A stretch of 64,000 bases of DNA, from the NCBI GenBank assembly GCA_964016885.1, contig OZ024744.1:68200001-68264000 (forward strand), written 5' to 3'. The translations under genes were made by a program, and so were the position numbers. This stretch comes from Eledone cirrhosa (Eukaryota). Below the pieces are notes generated by a model. The model did no database searches, was not told the DNA's origin, and saw nothing but the letters and a program-made list of their open reading frames with translations. Of this stretch, positions 1 to 12,518 are shown piece by piece (positions within the stretch are counted from its first letter, which is position 1; each line of letters begins with the position of its first letter).

Positions 1-37
1 TAAGGTACTCAATACATAGCAGGGTATAAATGTTTAA

Positions 38-146
38 TATAGAAATGGCTTCTACAGGACTATAACTGTTTCATTCGAAGGAAATCATCAGGAAAGCCCT
101 GATGATTTTCTTCGAATGAAACAGTTCTAGCCCTGTAGAAGCCATT

Positions 147-152
<6 letters not shown>
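38..152. repeat. Fold-back inverted repeat (~55-bp arms, 5-nt loop) centred on a hammerhead motif
   Basis: Left arm tatagaaatggcttctacagg...atcatcagg is the reverse complement of right arm cctgatgat...gaagccatttctata with about 3 mismatches; followed by (TA)n. Confidence 0.9.
47..98 (-). ncRNA. Type I hammerhead ribozyme motif (candidate)
   Basis: Minus strand reads GGCUUUC-CUGAUGA-U-UUC-CUUC-GAA-U-GAAA-CAG-loop-CUG-UA-GAAGCC. Core intact, GUA triplet, stem I with one bulge. Confidence 0.6.
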
Positions 153-195
<43 letters not shown>

Positions 196-421
196 TATTG
201 GTGGTCTGAAATAAGGTTGTATATATATGAATGTATGTACAGTATATTTGATAATATACTGTATGTTTAATTAAAAACATTTTGAAGACCATTCGCTATG
301 AATTTTAAAGTAGTGGCTATGTCACATACTTGTTCTCGGCAAGAACAAAGGGGTGCAATCGACAGTCCTGTTTCTCGCTCGTTACTGGTTGTCAAGACTA
401 CTTACCCCTTCGCTTCTGCCG

Positions 422-598
422 AGAGTTATAGAACATGGATTCTTAGAGAATTCCAGTAATGTTTAAGAGTTGATTGAACAGAGCGGCAAAAATTATGTAT
501 TAGTATTGGTTCTCTGAAATAGCAATATATATATATGAATGTTTAATCAGCTCTAAAACATTACTGGAATTCTATAAGAATTCATGTTCTATAACTCT
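422..598. repeat. Inverted repeat, ~59-bp arms (422-480 / 540-598)
   Basis: agagttatagaacatgg...gattgaaca versus tgtttaatc...catgttctataactct, about 5 mismatches. Confidence 0.85.
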
Positions 599-1072
599 TG
601 TAAACCCACCTGTAGAAAACCAAACACTAAATGCTTGGATGATTAATGTCAAGTAGTTGAAAAACATAATAATCAGTATAAATCTAAAGAAATGACATAA
701 CAAATAGCAAATGCATGAATAATCAAAATAGTAACATTTTTGACAAAAAAAAAAACAATCAAAAAAACATACTGTTAGGTCATGTGCAGTGAATGTCAAG
801 CTGGGTGGAATACATTATAAAAAGTGTGCGATCTTATTCTTCATACGTACTTGATCTCAGGTTTGTTGTTGTTTACCAGATCGAGATCAAATATCAGTGA
901 TCAGTTTCTAGGTTGCACCGAGAAGAGGTCAACAAACTTGTGCTCGCCGCTGTTCACCTGTCCACTTGATCTGAAGGACAATGACAAAAGATATGAATGA
1001 ATTGCTCGGGTAGGCAACTAACATGGTTGAACATTGTTAGTGAATTTAAGTTGTAGACATACATACATATAT

Positions 1073-1187
1073 GATGGCTGACGCTTCGTTATCGAGTATG
1101 GGCCCAAATTAATAGCCTCCCCGGCGGGGAATCGAACCCCAGTCTCCCGCGTGACAGGCGGGGATACTTCCACTATACTACTGAGGA
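1073..1187 (-). mobile_element. Putative simple SINE: tRNA-Asp head plus RTE-type 3' tail, between (TACA)n tracts
   Basis: Bases 1073-1105 match the 3' end of the RTE-derived element at 1246-1277 at 24 of 33 positions and are likewise followed by (TATG)n on the sense strand. Confidence 0.6.
1117..1187 (-). tRNA. tRNA-Asp(GTC), probably a pseudogene or SINE head
   Basis: TCCTCAGTAGTATAGTGGAAGTATCCCCGCCTGTCACGCGGGAGACTGGGGTTCGATTCCCCGCCGGGGAG matches metazoan tRNA-Asp. It has an A-C mismatch in the acceptor stem, a short D-loop and no T4+ terminator downstream. Confidence 0.85.
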
Positions 1188-1245
1188 TGAGCCACATACA
1201 TACATACATACATACATACATACATACATACATACATACATACAT

Positions 1246-1852
1246 GGTGGCTGCCAACTCGTTTTCGAGTACGGCCACTACTTTATATCCATGTAGGAGA
1301 ACCCCTACCGATGCGCTGAACGAGTGTGACTTTTTAGTCCAGCCAGCGACTTGAAAACTCTGGTACAAACACTACACCTGTGACAATTATTGACACATAG
1401 TGCTGGGCCCATGGTACCCTGTGACGACAAGTGCAGAGAGATCTCCAGATATAAAGCAATGCCTGTGCCGTGAAGCTTTTATAGTGAGCAAAGGCACTGC
1501 ACAAAGCCAGTCCCACTCTCCTAACCAAGATAATATTTACCAAAAAGAAGAACAAGTCAACATCATTGGATACCATCAGGGTTGCAGGTGTTATATCAGA
1601 GTTTTCCTTCTCCTAGAATTCTGCCTTGACAAAGGCTAAGGGGTCATCTCTCCCAGTGATTTTGGATGGCCATTGACTCTAAAGAGGTCCTTTGCCCTTT
1701 GACAGGTTTGTTTTTAGTCCTGCAGGATGTCCAAAGTCACCCTCCTCACCAAGAAACCTTGGTGGGGTTGCCAGTTTAGTCGCCAACGACCCGACCATGG
1801 GACAGGTTGTACTGGGATACATGTTACCAGTAGCACCAACTGGTGACCTGAC
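1246..1852 (-). mobile_element. Non-autonomous RTE-derived bipartite element (~610 bp), copy 1
   Basis: Sense strand has the RTE 5'UTR-like motif CTAGGAGAAGGAAAACTCTGA, a 3' C2H2 remnant (CSVCTRVFKSLAGLKSH..SAH) and a terminal hairpin. Flanked by (TACA)n. Three copies in the window. Confidence 0.8.
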
Positions 1853-1936
1853 ACAATGATACATACATACATACATACATACATACATACATACATACAT
1901 ACATACATACATACATAATTACATGCATACATACAT

Positions 1937-2341
1937 GGTGGCTGCCAACTCGTTTTCGAGTACGGCCACTACTTTATATCCATGTAGGAGAACCCCCACT
2001 GATGCGCTAAACGAGTGTGACTTTTCAGTCCAGCCAGCGACTTGAAAACTCTGGTACAAACACTACACCTGTGACAATTACTGACACATAGTGCTGGGCC
2101 CATGGTACCATGTGACAAGTGCAGAGAGATCTCCAGATATAAAGCAATGCCTGTGCCGTGAAGCTTTTATAGTGAGCAAAGTCACTGCACAAAGCCAGTC
2201 CCACTCTCTTAACCAAGATGATATTTACCAAAAAGAACAAGTCAACATCATTGGATACCATCAGGGTTGCAGGTGTTATATCAGAGTTTTCCTTCTCCTA
2301 GAATTCTGCCTTGACAAAGGCTAAGGGGTCATCTCTCTCGG
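1937..2341 (-). mobile_element. 5'-truncated copy 2 of the RTE-derived element
   Basis: Near-identical to 1246-1655, with the same 3' end and (TACA)n on both sides. Confidence 0.85.
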
Positions 2342-2404
2342 ACATACATACATACATACATACATACATACATACATACATACATACATACATACATACA
2401 TACA

Positions 2405-2435
<31 letters not shown>

Positions 2436-2437
<2 letters not shown>

Positions 2438-4078
2438 GATGACCTGAAGTTGTATGGGCCAAATACCAACTATATCAAAAAATAATTGGACTTCACTACA
2501 CTATTCTCTGCAGACATTGAAATTTGGTGAGTCCAAATGTGCATATTTGACAATAAAACATGGACGGGTTGTGCTCTCCTCTGTAAATCTAGAGATGAAC
2601 GGCTTGATAATACAACCTCTACAGTCAGGTGACAACTCAGATATCTTTGGCAGGATGAGAATGTCAGATATGATGGACCCATAAATAAGGAGAGAACCAG
2701 AACTGAATACCTTAGGAGAGTAAAGAAAATATGGTCATAAGAACTAACAGCGCACAACAAAATACCTTGCCCATAATACTTATGATGTATCAATCCTAAC
2801 GCCAACATTTGGTCTGCTGAACTGTTCATTCAGAATTAAGCGAGATGGATGTAAGAACTCGCAAGCTTCTCAGTGTTACTGGAAATTTAGCATCAATGGT
2901 CATGTGGATAGGCTATACTCCTCACGCAAGGAAGGTGGCCGACGTCTAAAATCCATATTAACATACTACGAGACCCGGATAGTAACACTGAAGCAACATC
3001 TTTAACAGAAGAAACAGCTCAGAAACCATCTTGCCGAAGTTTATGAGCATGAAGGAAATAATATCATTAGGATAGACACTGATCTGGAGGAGAGATATGG
3101 AATAAGGCTTGATATAAATCTGTCTCCCAGGGACAATGTTTGAACAAGAAGAAAAAATGGACCAATTTAGAGAGAAAATAGTACATGAGTACCTGAGACG
3201 AAAAACACAGACTATAGAGGGGATAAATCATTCAAAAAGCCTGGCATGGAGTTCCGACAAGTTTATGACATCACACCTTGAAGGATATATCTATGTAATA
3301 CAGGAACAAGAAATCCCTACCAAATATCTGCCACACAAAAGAGAAGAGCCTTCGGTTGACAATAAGTGTAGGCTATGTATAGCAAATATTGAAGATGTTA
3401 GCCAAATGTGAAAGAATGTCGTCTTGCTACCACCTCCTTATGAGACACGATGTGATAGCTAGAACTATCTGGAACGCACTTAGGAAAACAAAATTAAAAA
3501 ACAAATAAGGAGGAATATGTTGAGATAGATGGCACTAAGGAATACTGGTAGAACCTGAAAATAAAAACTGCCACCATATTAAACCACAACTGGCCTGAGG
3601 GGTCGATAAAATAAAGTACCAGTAATGCACTGGGTAATTGCTGGCCTTGTGCCTAAATTAGAAACAATTATTATTTGGGACCACACATTGAAAACGTGCT
3701 CTGTTGTAGAGATCAGTTGCCCACTTGATGTAAACGTTGTAAGAAAAATACAGGAGAAGGAGGACATCTACAGACCATTGATGAGGAGTTTGTTGATCAA
3801 GTATCCCCAAAACACCTTCAGCTTCATACCCATCATTATTGGAGCTACAGGTTATATACCAACCCGCTTGGACCAATGTATGACTGAACTTGGATTTGTG
3901 GATAAAGAGAGCAGCTCCCTAATTCATAATAGAATACAAATGGTTGCGATAGCCGCCACCTTCAACATTTGCAAAATATTCTTGCGGTTCAAGGGATGAC
4001 AATTTCTTTTCTTTTACAACCTTGCCACCAGGAAAGTGGCCGGTCAAAAATATACTTGAAATTAAGAGAAAGAGAAAC
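2436..4078 (+). pseudogene. Decayed 5'-truncated R4/Dong-clade non-LTR retrotransposon (RT end, CCHC, RLE)
   Basis: Motifs DDLKLY, EGYIYVIQEQEI, CRLC..E, VVEISCPLD, IPIIIGATG, with many stops. Contains a SINE fragment near 3598-3672 and lies between (TACA)n tracts. Confidence 0.85.
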
Positions 4079-4831
4079 ATACATACATACATACATACAT
4101 ACATACATACATACATACATACATACATACATACATAACACTGGTACATATGTACAGTGTCAATCCTGTTTTCACATTTGTGATTTATCTTCAGGAATCT
4201 CAGGTATTTGTGTCATTTTTCTTTACCTTCGGTTATTTTATCTGGTTTAGCTTTCTTGATAGCAATTATTTAAAAAAGTTTTACTTTTCTTGAATATGTT
4301 CAGAACATGGAAGACAAACCCGATAGAAATAATATTTTAACGCCTTCTGTGTCTTTATCAGAGGACAAGAAGTTTTCATTGATGAAAAAACACGAAAATA
4401 ACGATAAAATAAAAAACGAAAGAAAATCCGTATTTTATTTACCGAATTCATATCTGATTTTGTTTTCTTAGAAGCTCATTGATAAAGCAGGGACGGTTAA
4501 GAGAAAAACAATTAGGGTGTAGTGTCTCCTTACAATAAACATTATGAACGTAGTCTCCAATTTAGTGTAATTGATGCTATTATGTCACCAAAATTGCTCA
4601 AACACATCAGATATTTTGATAGTTTTAATTACCTAGGAATCCTGGTATCATATCATATTTTCCTCAAATTAGTTATAACATTTTTTTTGTTCTTCATTTA
4701 AGAAATCGTATTTTAGATGTTCGAAAGAAATTTTATCCCGCTTACGCAACTATAAAAAATATGTGATGCTAAGTGTGATATGGTCACTCTTTGATTTATA
4801 AGCACAATCTATCTTATATCATAATTGTATA

Positions 4832-5010
4832 AGGGCGGTGTGTTTGCAGTATCAATAGAACGTCGGACTCCATGCTTTGTAGCATATAGTTACGTTCTCA
4901 GTTCAAATCCCGCTGAGATTAATTTTGCCTTTCATCCTCACGGAGTCGATAAAATAAAGCCCTTTGCCCTTCAAATTGCTGACCTTGTGCCTAAAGTAGA
5001 AACAATTATA
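4832..5010 (+). mobile_element. tRNA-derived SINE with GCCTTTCATCC..GGGTCGATAAAAT core (octopus OK / Nin-domain type)
   Basis: A-box-like start, B box GTTCAAATCC and the conserved core; many copies in the window. Confidence 0.75.
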
Positions 5011-5427
5011 ATAGTATAATTGACTGAGTATTTTATTGAGAGGTGTAACCTTAGTGTAATTTACGGGCAATATCAACGTGAGACAGTGTATAACAAGGAT
5101 TGCTCTTAAATTACAAGTAGTATACAAAACATGAGCTTCAAAATAGTTTTCATCTACAGAATTATCTCAAACAAGGTTTAAATTAACCCGAGGCTATAGC
5201 ACAAGGCCAAGATGCCACTTAGTAGATGGAACCCATGATTTCCTGATTACAAAAATAACTTTGAGAATAATAAAAGGCTGTAGTTTGATTGAAGCATTGT
5301 TTATAATATATAAGGTTGAAAGAGATAGAAGGCTAAACAATGCAAAATGGATTGTAAGGTGAGGTAACAAAAAGTAGGTTACCTGGTAATATTTGTTTTG
5401 TTTTTTGTTGTTCCTTTTTCTGTCCAA

Positions 5428-6620
<1,193 letters not shown>

Positions 6621-6637
6621 TATAAATACATACTTAC

Positions 6638-6712
<75 letters not shown>

Positions 6713-6765
6713 GATTTATATATATATATACATTTATATATATATACATATATGTATGTATGTAG

Positions 6766-6807
<42 letters not shown>

Positions 6808-6934
6808 GTAGAACACTGGAAGGTAATATCCGTAGTGGTAGAGTACTCAGTCCATGGGACGAGTTAGATAGAAGTGGTTACACAACAGTTAGTTCACCAT
6901 ACTTAGCGGATCCTCAGCCCGTAATGGACATGGT

Positions 6935-6997
<63 letters not shown>

Positions 6998-6998
<1 letters not shown>

Positions 6999-7857
6999 AT
7001 TGAAAGATAAGTATTTTAGACTTTATTTTATCATGAGTTAAGACTCTATTGATTTTTCCCTGGATTTCGCTAAATTCTGTGGATGAATTTATATCCTGAT
7101 TCTCTTTGAGATGAGTTTGAATTATTTTTCCCACACCTTACGTTAACTATTTTTCCCATTTTGACGCTATAGTCACTTATATACTATGGAATGCTGTTCG
7201 CTTTTCGCTGCAGTGGTTTCTATACCTTTCATTTATATATTTATACTCGGATTTTTTCCTCGAGTGCTTAAATTATTTGTGACTAATCCCGGTTTTTTTA
7301 ATAAAAAACTGCGATAATATTGCTTTTTGCTGAACTCCTTATTGTAGAGTTTTTTACGGAATGTTTTTGACTGCTGTTTCTTGTAAACAAACATTCGTCT
7401 CATTCTGACGTCAATAGCCATGTATTTCCTCATGTGCGTTTTTCATAATCACGCATGATGTTGAACTGGCCAGCTTTAAAATTCCCTTTTGGCATATTAA
7501 TCTGAGAGAGTCCTGGTTATCGAGTTGAGCTCTGCTGATGATGAATTCCAACCGTGACCATCTCCACTGAAAGTTTTCATGAAATACTCTTTAAGACTAT
7601 ACAGAGCATTTGAAGTTTTTTCCAAATTGAAGGATAAGTATTTTAGACTTTATTTTATCATGAGTTAAGGCTCTATTGATTTTTCCCTGGATTTCACTAA
7701 ATTCTGTGGATGAATTTATATCCTGATTCTCTTTGAAATGAGTTTGAATTATCTTTCCCACATCTTACGTTAACTATTTTTCCCATTTTGACGCTATAGT
7801 CACTTATATATTATGGAATGCTGTTCGCCTTTCGCTGCAGTGGTTTCTATACCTTTC

Positions 7858-7862
<5 letters not shown>
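6998..7862 (+). repeat. About 1.4 copies of a ~627-bp non-coding unit carrying an HHR, bounded by (TA)n
   Basis: 6998-7238 is directly repeated at 7625-7862. Confidence 0.85.
7529..7607 (+). ncRNA. Hammerhead ribozyme, degraded copy of the motif at 20806-20887
   Basis: GCUCUG-CUGAUGA...GAAA-UACUCUU-U-AAGACUA-UA-CAGAGC. One base is lost after the core and stem III has a mismatch. Confidence 0.7.
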
Positions 7863-7931
<69 letters not shown>

Positions 7932-8064
7932 GTGAGGTTTTTTTTACAAAATGAAAAATAACCGAGGTGTCCTACACGAGTGGAAGTATAAAGAAAAAGA
8001 GATGAAATCGAAAATGCAACTGAAGTCTTATTTTTTTTTTTTAAATATATATATTTATTTGGTT

Positions 8065-8102
8065 CCTTTACCGGTTTCGCAGTTCTTCTGCTTTTCAAAA
8101 GG
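8065..8102 (-). ncRNA. Type I hammerhead ribozyme, U3-A8 core variant, in the PLE 3' pseudo-LTR
   Basis: CCUU-UUGAAAA-GCAG-AAGAA-CUGC-GAAA-CCGG-UA-AAGG. Stems I and II are perfect and stem III is the palindrome ACCGGU. Confidence 0.75.
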
Positions 8103-8649
8103 TGAGTTGAGATGGAGGGTCTGTGGTTTTTCTCACATCTGGTTGGTCTCTAAATGTTACTTGTTTTATATGGAAAAAGTGGCTCGAAAGCCAGGTTTTT
8201 CGAGAAGTAATTTGATTGGTTTGTCAATAATTATAATAAATTTCGCGCCAGTTCGCGTTACAATAGTTCTTCAAATAAGAGAGGGGGGGGGGGGTTGTCA
8301 CAGGTTGTTTTTTTCATATATGAGTGTTTGAATTTCTTTTTACTTGAAACAAGGAGGCTCACGAAGGCTTTTTTTGGTTGGTTATAAATGAAATTTGGCT
8401 GTCACGTGAACAAGTTTTCATTACATTTTTGCGCCCTTATTTGGAAAACTATTCTGTAGTCTTTATAGTGAATGTTATGACAATGGAGAGATAGTGGTCA
8501 AGGGAAAAGGGATTGGGAGAAATGTTCTGGTTCAGTGAATATGGCCAGCTGTCAGAGTTCAGGTGTCAGAGTTCAGATTTTCTATTGAGACTGAAGATAT
8601 GTGTTTATTTGTGTGCTTGTGTGTGTGTATATGTGTGTGTGTGTGTATG

Positions 8650-9071
8650 TGTGTATTGGAAGATGATTCTATTAGTAGAGATGGGGGAGGGAGTTGTGTG
8701 TGTGTGTATATGGGTGTTATGTGTGTGTGTGCGAGTATGTTAAGATGGAGAGAATATATATTTTGTGTGTGTGTATATATATATGTGTGTAGGAAAGTGG
8801 TTCTATTAGTAGAAATGGGGAGGGAGTTGTAGGTGTGGGGGTTGTTATGTGTGTGTATGGGTGTTATGTGTGTGGGAGTATGGTTAGCATGTTAAGATGA
8901 AGAGAATATATATATATATATATATATATATTGTGTGTGTGTGTATGTGTGTGTGTAGGAAAGTGGTTCTATTAGTAGAAATGGGGAGGGAGTTGTAGGT
9001 GTGGGGGTTGTTATGTGTGTGTATGGGTGTTATGTGTGTGGGAGTATGGTTAGCATGTTAAGATGAAGAGA

Positions 9072-9102
<31 letters not shown>

Positions 9103-9150
9103 GTGTGTGTGAATGTGTGTGTGTAGGAAAGTGATTCCTTTAGTAGGAAT
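8650..9150. repeat. Minisatellite (~135-170-bp units, 3+ copies) in the PLE 3' region
   Basis: ctattagtagaaatggggagggagttgt recurs near 8668, 8803 and 8968. Confidence 0.85.
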
Positions 9151-9310
9151 ATTTTTGAATGAACATATTTTCCTGACTTTTTCGTGTTTGCTGTTGTATT
9201 GCCAGTGCAAACGTATGTTAAGGTTTATTTAGTTCGGGTTTTTATTTTCTAAAGTAGAAGGTGTTATGTGTGTGTGTGTATGTCATATTGTGGTGTTGAC
9301 ATAATGTATA

Positions 9311-11597
9311 TTAAACCTTATTTAATGTTGGTCTATATTTTTGAATAAACATATTTTCCTTATTTATTCGCATTTGTTCTGTTGTATTGTTAGCGCAAAG
9401 GTAAAATGGGAAGACTTGGAATTTGGGTGTCTTATTACTTGCGCAAATGTCTAGATGTGCACTTAGTGGTATCTGTCTCGTGGTTGGATCTCGTAATTGT
9501 TGGCGATGAACTGTCATTCTGTTTCTGAGTGTGAGTTTAGTTTGTCCTATATAATCTTCATTGCATCCTTTACATTTAATGGCATAAATTAAATTTTTTG
9601 ATGAGCAAGTGACTTGATTTTTTACAGTAAAATTTTGTCCTGATTTAAATGTATACGTGTTGCCTTCAATGAGGTGAGTGCAGGTTCCACAATTAGAGCG
9701 ACCACATTTTTTGATACTTGGTTGTGGGTTTGTGGTAGGTAATTTGGCATTGGTGAGTAATGTTTTCAGTGATTTTGGTTGTCTTTTGCTTTTGATTATT
9801 TTGTGTGTTTCAAGGGCTTTTTTCATTCTTGGGTTTTGTTTTAGTAGTGGGATGTTATTGTGAATAGTGTTGTAAGCTTCCGCATTTCTTGGGTTGTGTG
9901 TTGAGATATATGATAGAATATTGGACGTACCTTGAATTTGTTTCTGTTTCCGTAATTCATCAATGCCTATTGCTTTAGCCCTTTCTATTCCATTATTTAT
10001 TAGTAATAGTGGGTACTCTCTCTCAAGTAGAATTTCCTTTAATTCTTGAAGTCTTTTATTTCGCGTTTCATAATTGGAGACAATTGTGCAAATTCTTCTT
10101 GCTAGGTTAAAAGGAATGTTCGTCTTCGTGTGCTTTGGATGGTTGGAGGTGAATAGCAGATATTGTTTGGAATCTGTTGGTTTGTAGTGTATGTCAGTTT
10201 CGATATTTGTGTCTTTTTTTGTGATTAAGATGTCCAGAAATGGGAGTTGATCTTGGCTGTATTCCATTGTGAATTGGATGTGGTTATTGATGCCGTTTAT
10301 TAAGTTTTTGAAATCCTTCAGTTGGTCGAGTGTGTGGGACCAAAGAATGAGGCAATCATCCAAGTAGCGTTTCCAATTCTCTGATAAATATTTGTGGAAG
10401 TTCAATCCGTATTTTGATTTGGACTGTTCATATATCTGGACTTCTAAGTATGCCATGACTAAGATGGCATAAGTTGGAGCGGCTTTTGTGGCCATCGCAG
10501 TCCCCGATATTTGCTTGTAAGTATTGCCATCGAAATCAAAAAAGTTGTTCTGTAGGATGAATTTTAATCCCTCGGTGATGAAGCTTTTTTCTATTCTGTC
10601 AGGTATCTCATTGGGATATTTCTCTAGCCAGAATCCTATTGCTTCTAGTCCGTATTGGTGTGGGATCGTTGTGTAGAGATTCACTACATCGAAAGACACA
10701 ATAATAGTGTCGTTGTTGACATGTTTGGGGAGGTGGTTTAAGAGGTCTCTTACAAGGCTTGGTATGTGTTTCAGTATTGGTTTCAGTAGTATGTCTATAA
10801 AGTTGCTCAATCTGTGTGTTTCACATTGTGGGCCCGCTACAATTGGTCTTAATTTAAGGTCTGTGGGGTATGCAGGCTGAGGTGGATTGTTTACAGGCAT
10901 CGTTGATTATTTTACATTTGTGGATCTTCGGAAGTCCGTAAAGGTTGCTGGTTTTGTATTCAAAATTTGTTAAATAATCGCGTTCCTTTTTAGTTAGGTC
11001 TTCCTGGTATCGATAAATCAGTGTGTTTAATTTGGTCATTATTTTTGATTGCTAGTAGTTTTTTACTCTTTCATAGTAATTAGTATTTTGTAAGAGAGAG
11101 AACATAGAATTTTTATATTTTTCAGCCTCCATAATGACAACAGTACTTCCCTTGTCCGCTTCCTTAATTACAATGTCCGTATTGTTTTTTAGTTCATGGA
11201 TAATCTCCCATTCCCTTCGACATGTGTTGGGTTTGGGTTTAGGTTGCGGTAGTTCATGGTATGGGAAGGTAGCTATGTGGTCACAAAATTTGTCCAGAAC
11301 TCTGTTTCTACCTTTTGTTGGGTTGTAGCTGCTTTTATTCCGTACAATTGATTCGTCGTTATTCTCCTTGTCAAAGAATTCCTCTGTGAGGCGTAATTTT
11401 CTACAGAAGTGTGAGATATCGTCATTTATCTCGTTGGGGTTAGGATATTGTGGTGTTGGTGTGAATTTCAGACCTTTGGAGAGAATTTTTACTTGTTGGG
11501 CTGAGAGGTTTGTATTTGAAATGTTAATTATTTTCGGTTTTTCAAAATCGGTTTGTGCCACCGGGTGTCGTGAGTCCTGTAGCCTTGGTCTAAAAAA
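9311..11597 (-). pseudogene. PLE reverse transcriptase plus GIY-YIG endonuclease (one stop and a frameshift)
   Basis: Motifs IINISN, KGLKFTP, IKEADKG, YGLPKIHK, LRPIVAG, SFDVVNLYT, GTAMAT, RYLDD, CGRSNCGTC, NLIYAIKC..YIGQT. Confidence 0.92.
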
Positions 11598-12518
11598 TGA
11601 TTTTTCTGGAATGTTTTTTCATTGGTATTATTATATCTAATGGTATTTCCCCTGTTGTTGTGTGGTCTTGTATAGAAGTTTCGGACGTATTGAGGTTCGG
11701 TTTGTTGATAGTCCGGGTTGTAGATTTGGTTCCTTTGTGTGGGTTGGGATCTATGGTTTTGGAACAGGCTCTGTGTGGGCAGGGGTCTACGGTTTTGGAA
11801 TAGGTTTTGTGTGGGTTGTGATCTGCGGATCAGGTCCTGCCTTGTGTTCGGGGATCTTTGGTTTTTGTTAGTAGGGTTATAGTTTTGTCTATGGTTTCTG
11901 GGATTATCGTTATAGTTTTGCTGGGGGTATATTGGACGTTTTGTTACTTTTTTTGTTATTTGTTGTGCATGTGGTGTGTGAGTTTTAGTTTGTTTTAAAA
12001 ATGGGTTACCTGTATGTTGTTCATTTTTGAAGTCCATTTCGTAGTTGCTGAACCAGGTGGCGTTTTTTTCCATCGCTGGAGGGATGTGAGTTCTTCATCC
12101 TCACAGTTTTCTTTCCAAAGTTTAGGTTTTTTTTGTAGAGTAAGCCTTCAGAGTGCTTTAAGATTTCTGTGTCCATCTGTTGGTCGAGTGACTTGAATTT
12201 TTCTTCGTTGGAGTTGGCTCTTAATCGCAACAGTTCTATTTCTGTTTTAAATTTTTCCAATGCCATCTTTTCCCTAAGTCTTTGTTGGTTTTCTGGTTCG
12301 TTCGGGATGGGTTTTATTTGGAGTTTTTTGGGGAGGATGATTGGGGTAGAGTTTAGCCACTTTTCATATATGTCTGCCTTGCCATTATTTTTTAGGAGAT
12401 TCCAAAGGGCGAATTTGCGGGCTGTGAGCTTTTGAGTCCATATGTTGATTAGGGTGTTTTTCACTGAGTGGACATCTCGTAGATTGGGTTCTAACGGTTG
12501 TTCAAGCTTTTGGAGCAT
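11528..12518 (-). pseudogene. Upstream ORF1 of the PLE (helical/coiled-coil domain then N/Q/R-rich tail), broken by two homopolymer indels
   Basis: ORFs 12021-12518 and 11528-12073 join through poly-A runs near 12130 and 12065. The frame overlaps the RT frame at a T6A heptamer. Confidence 0.65.

Noticed and set aside
8650-9150. CRISPR-like repeat-spacer array
   Set aside because: Whole units repeat with no unique spacers, the context is eukaryotic and there are no cas genes.
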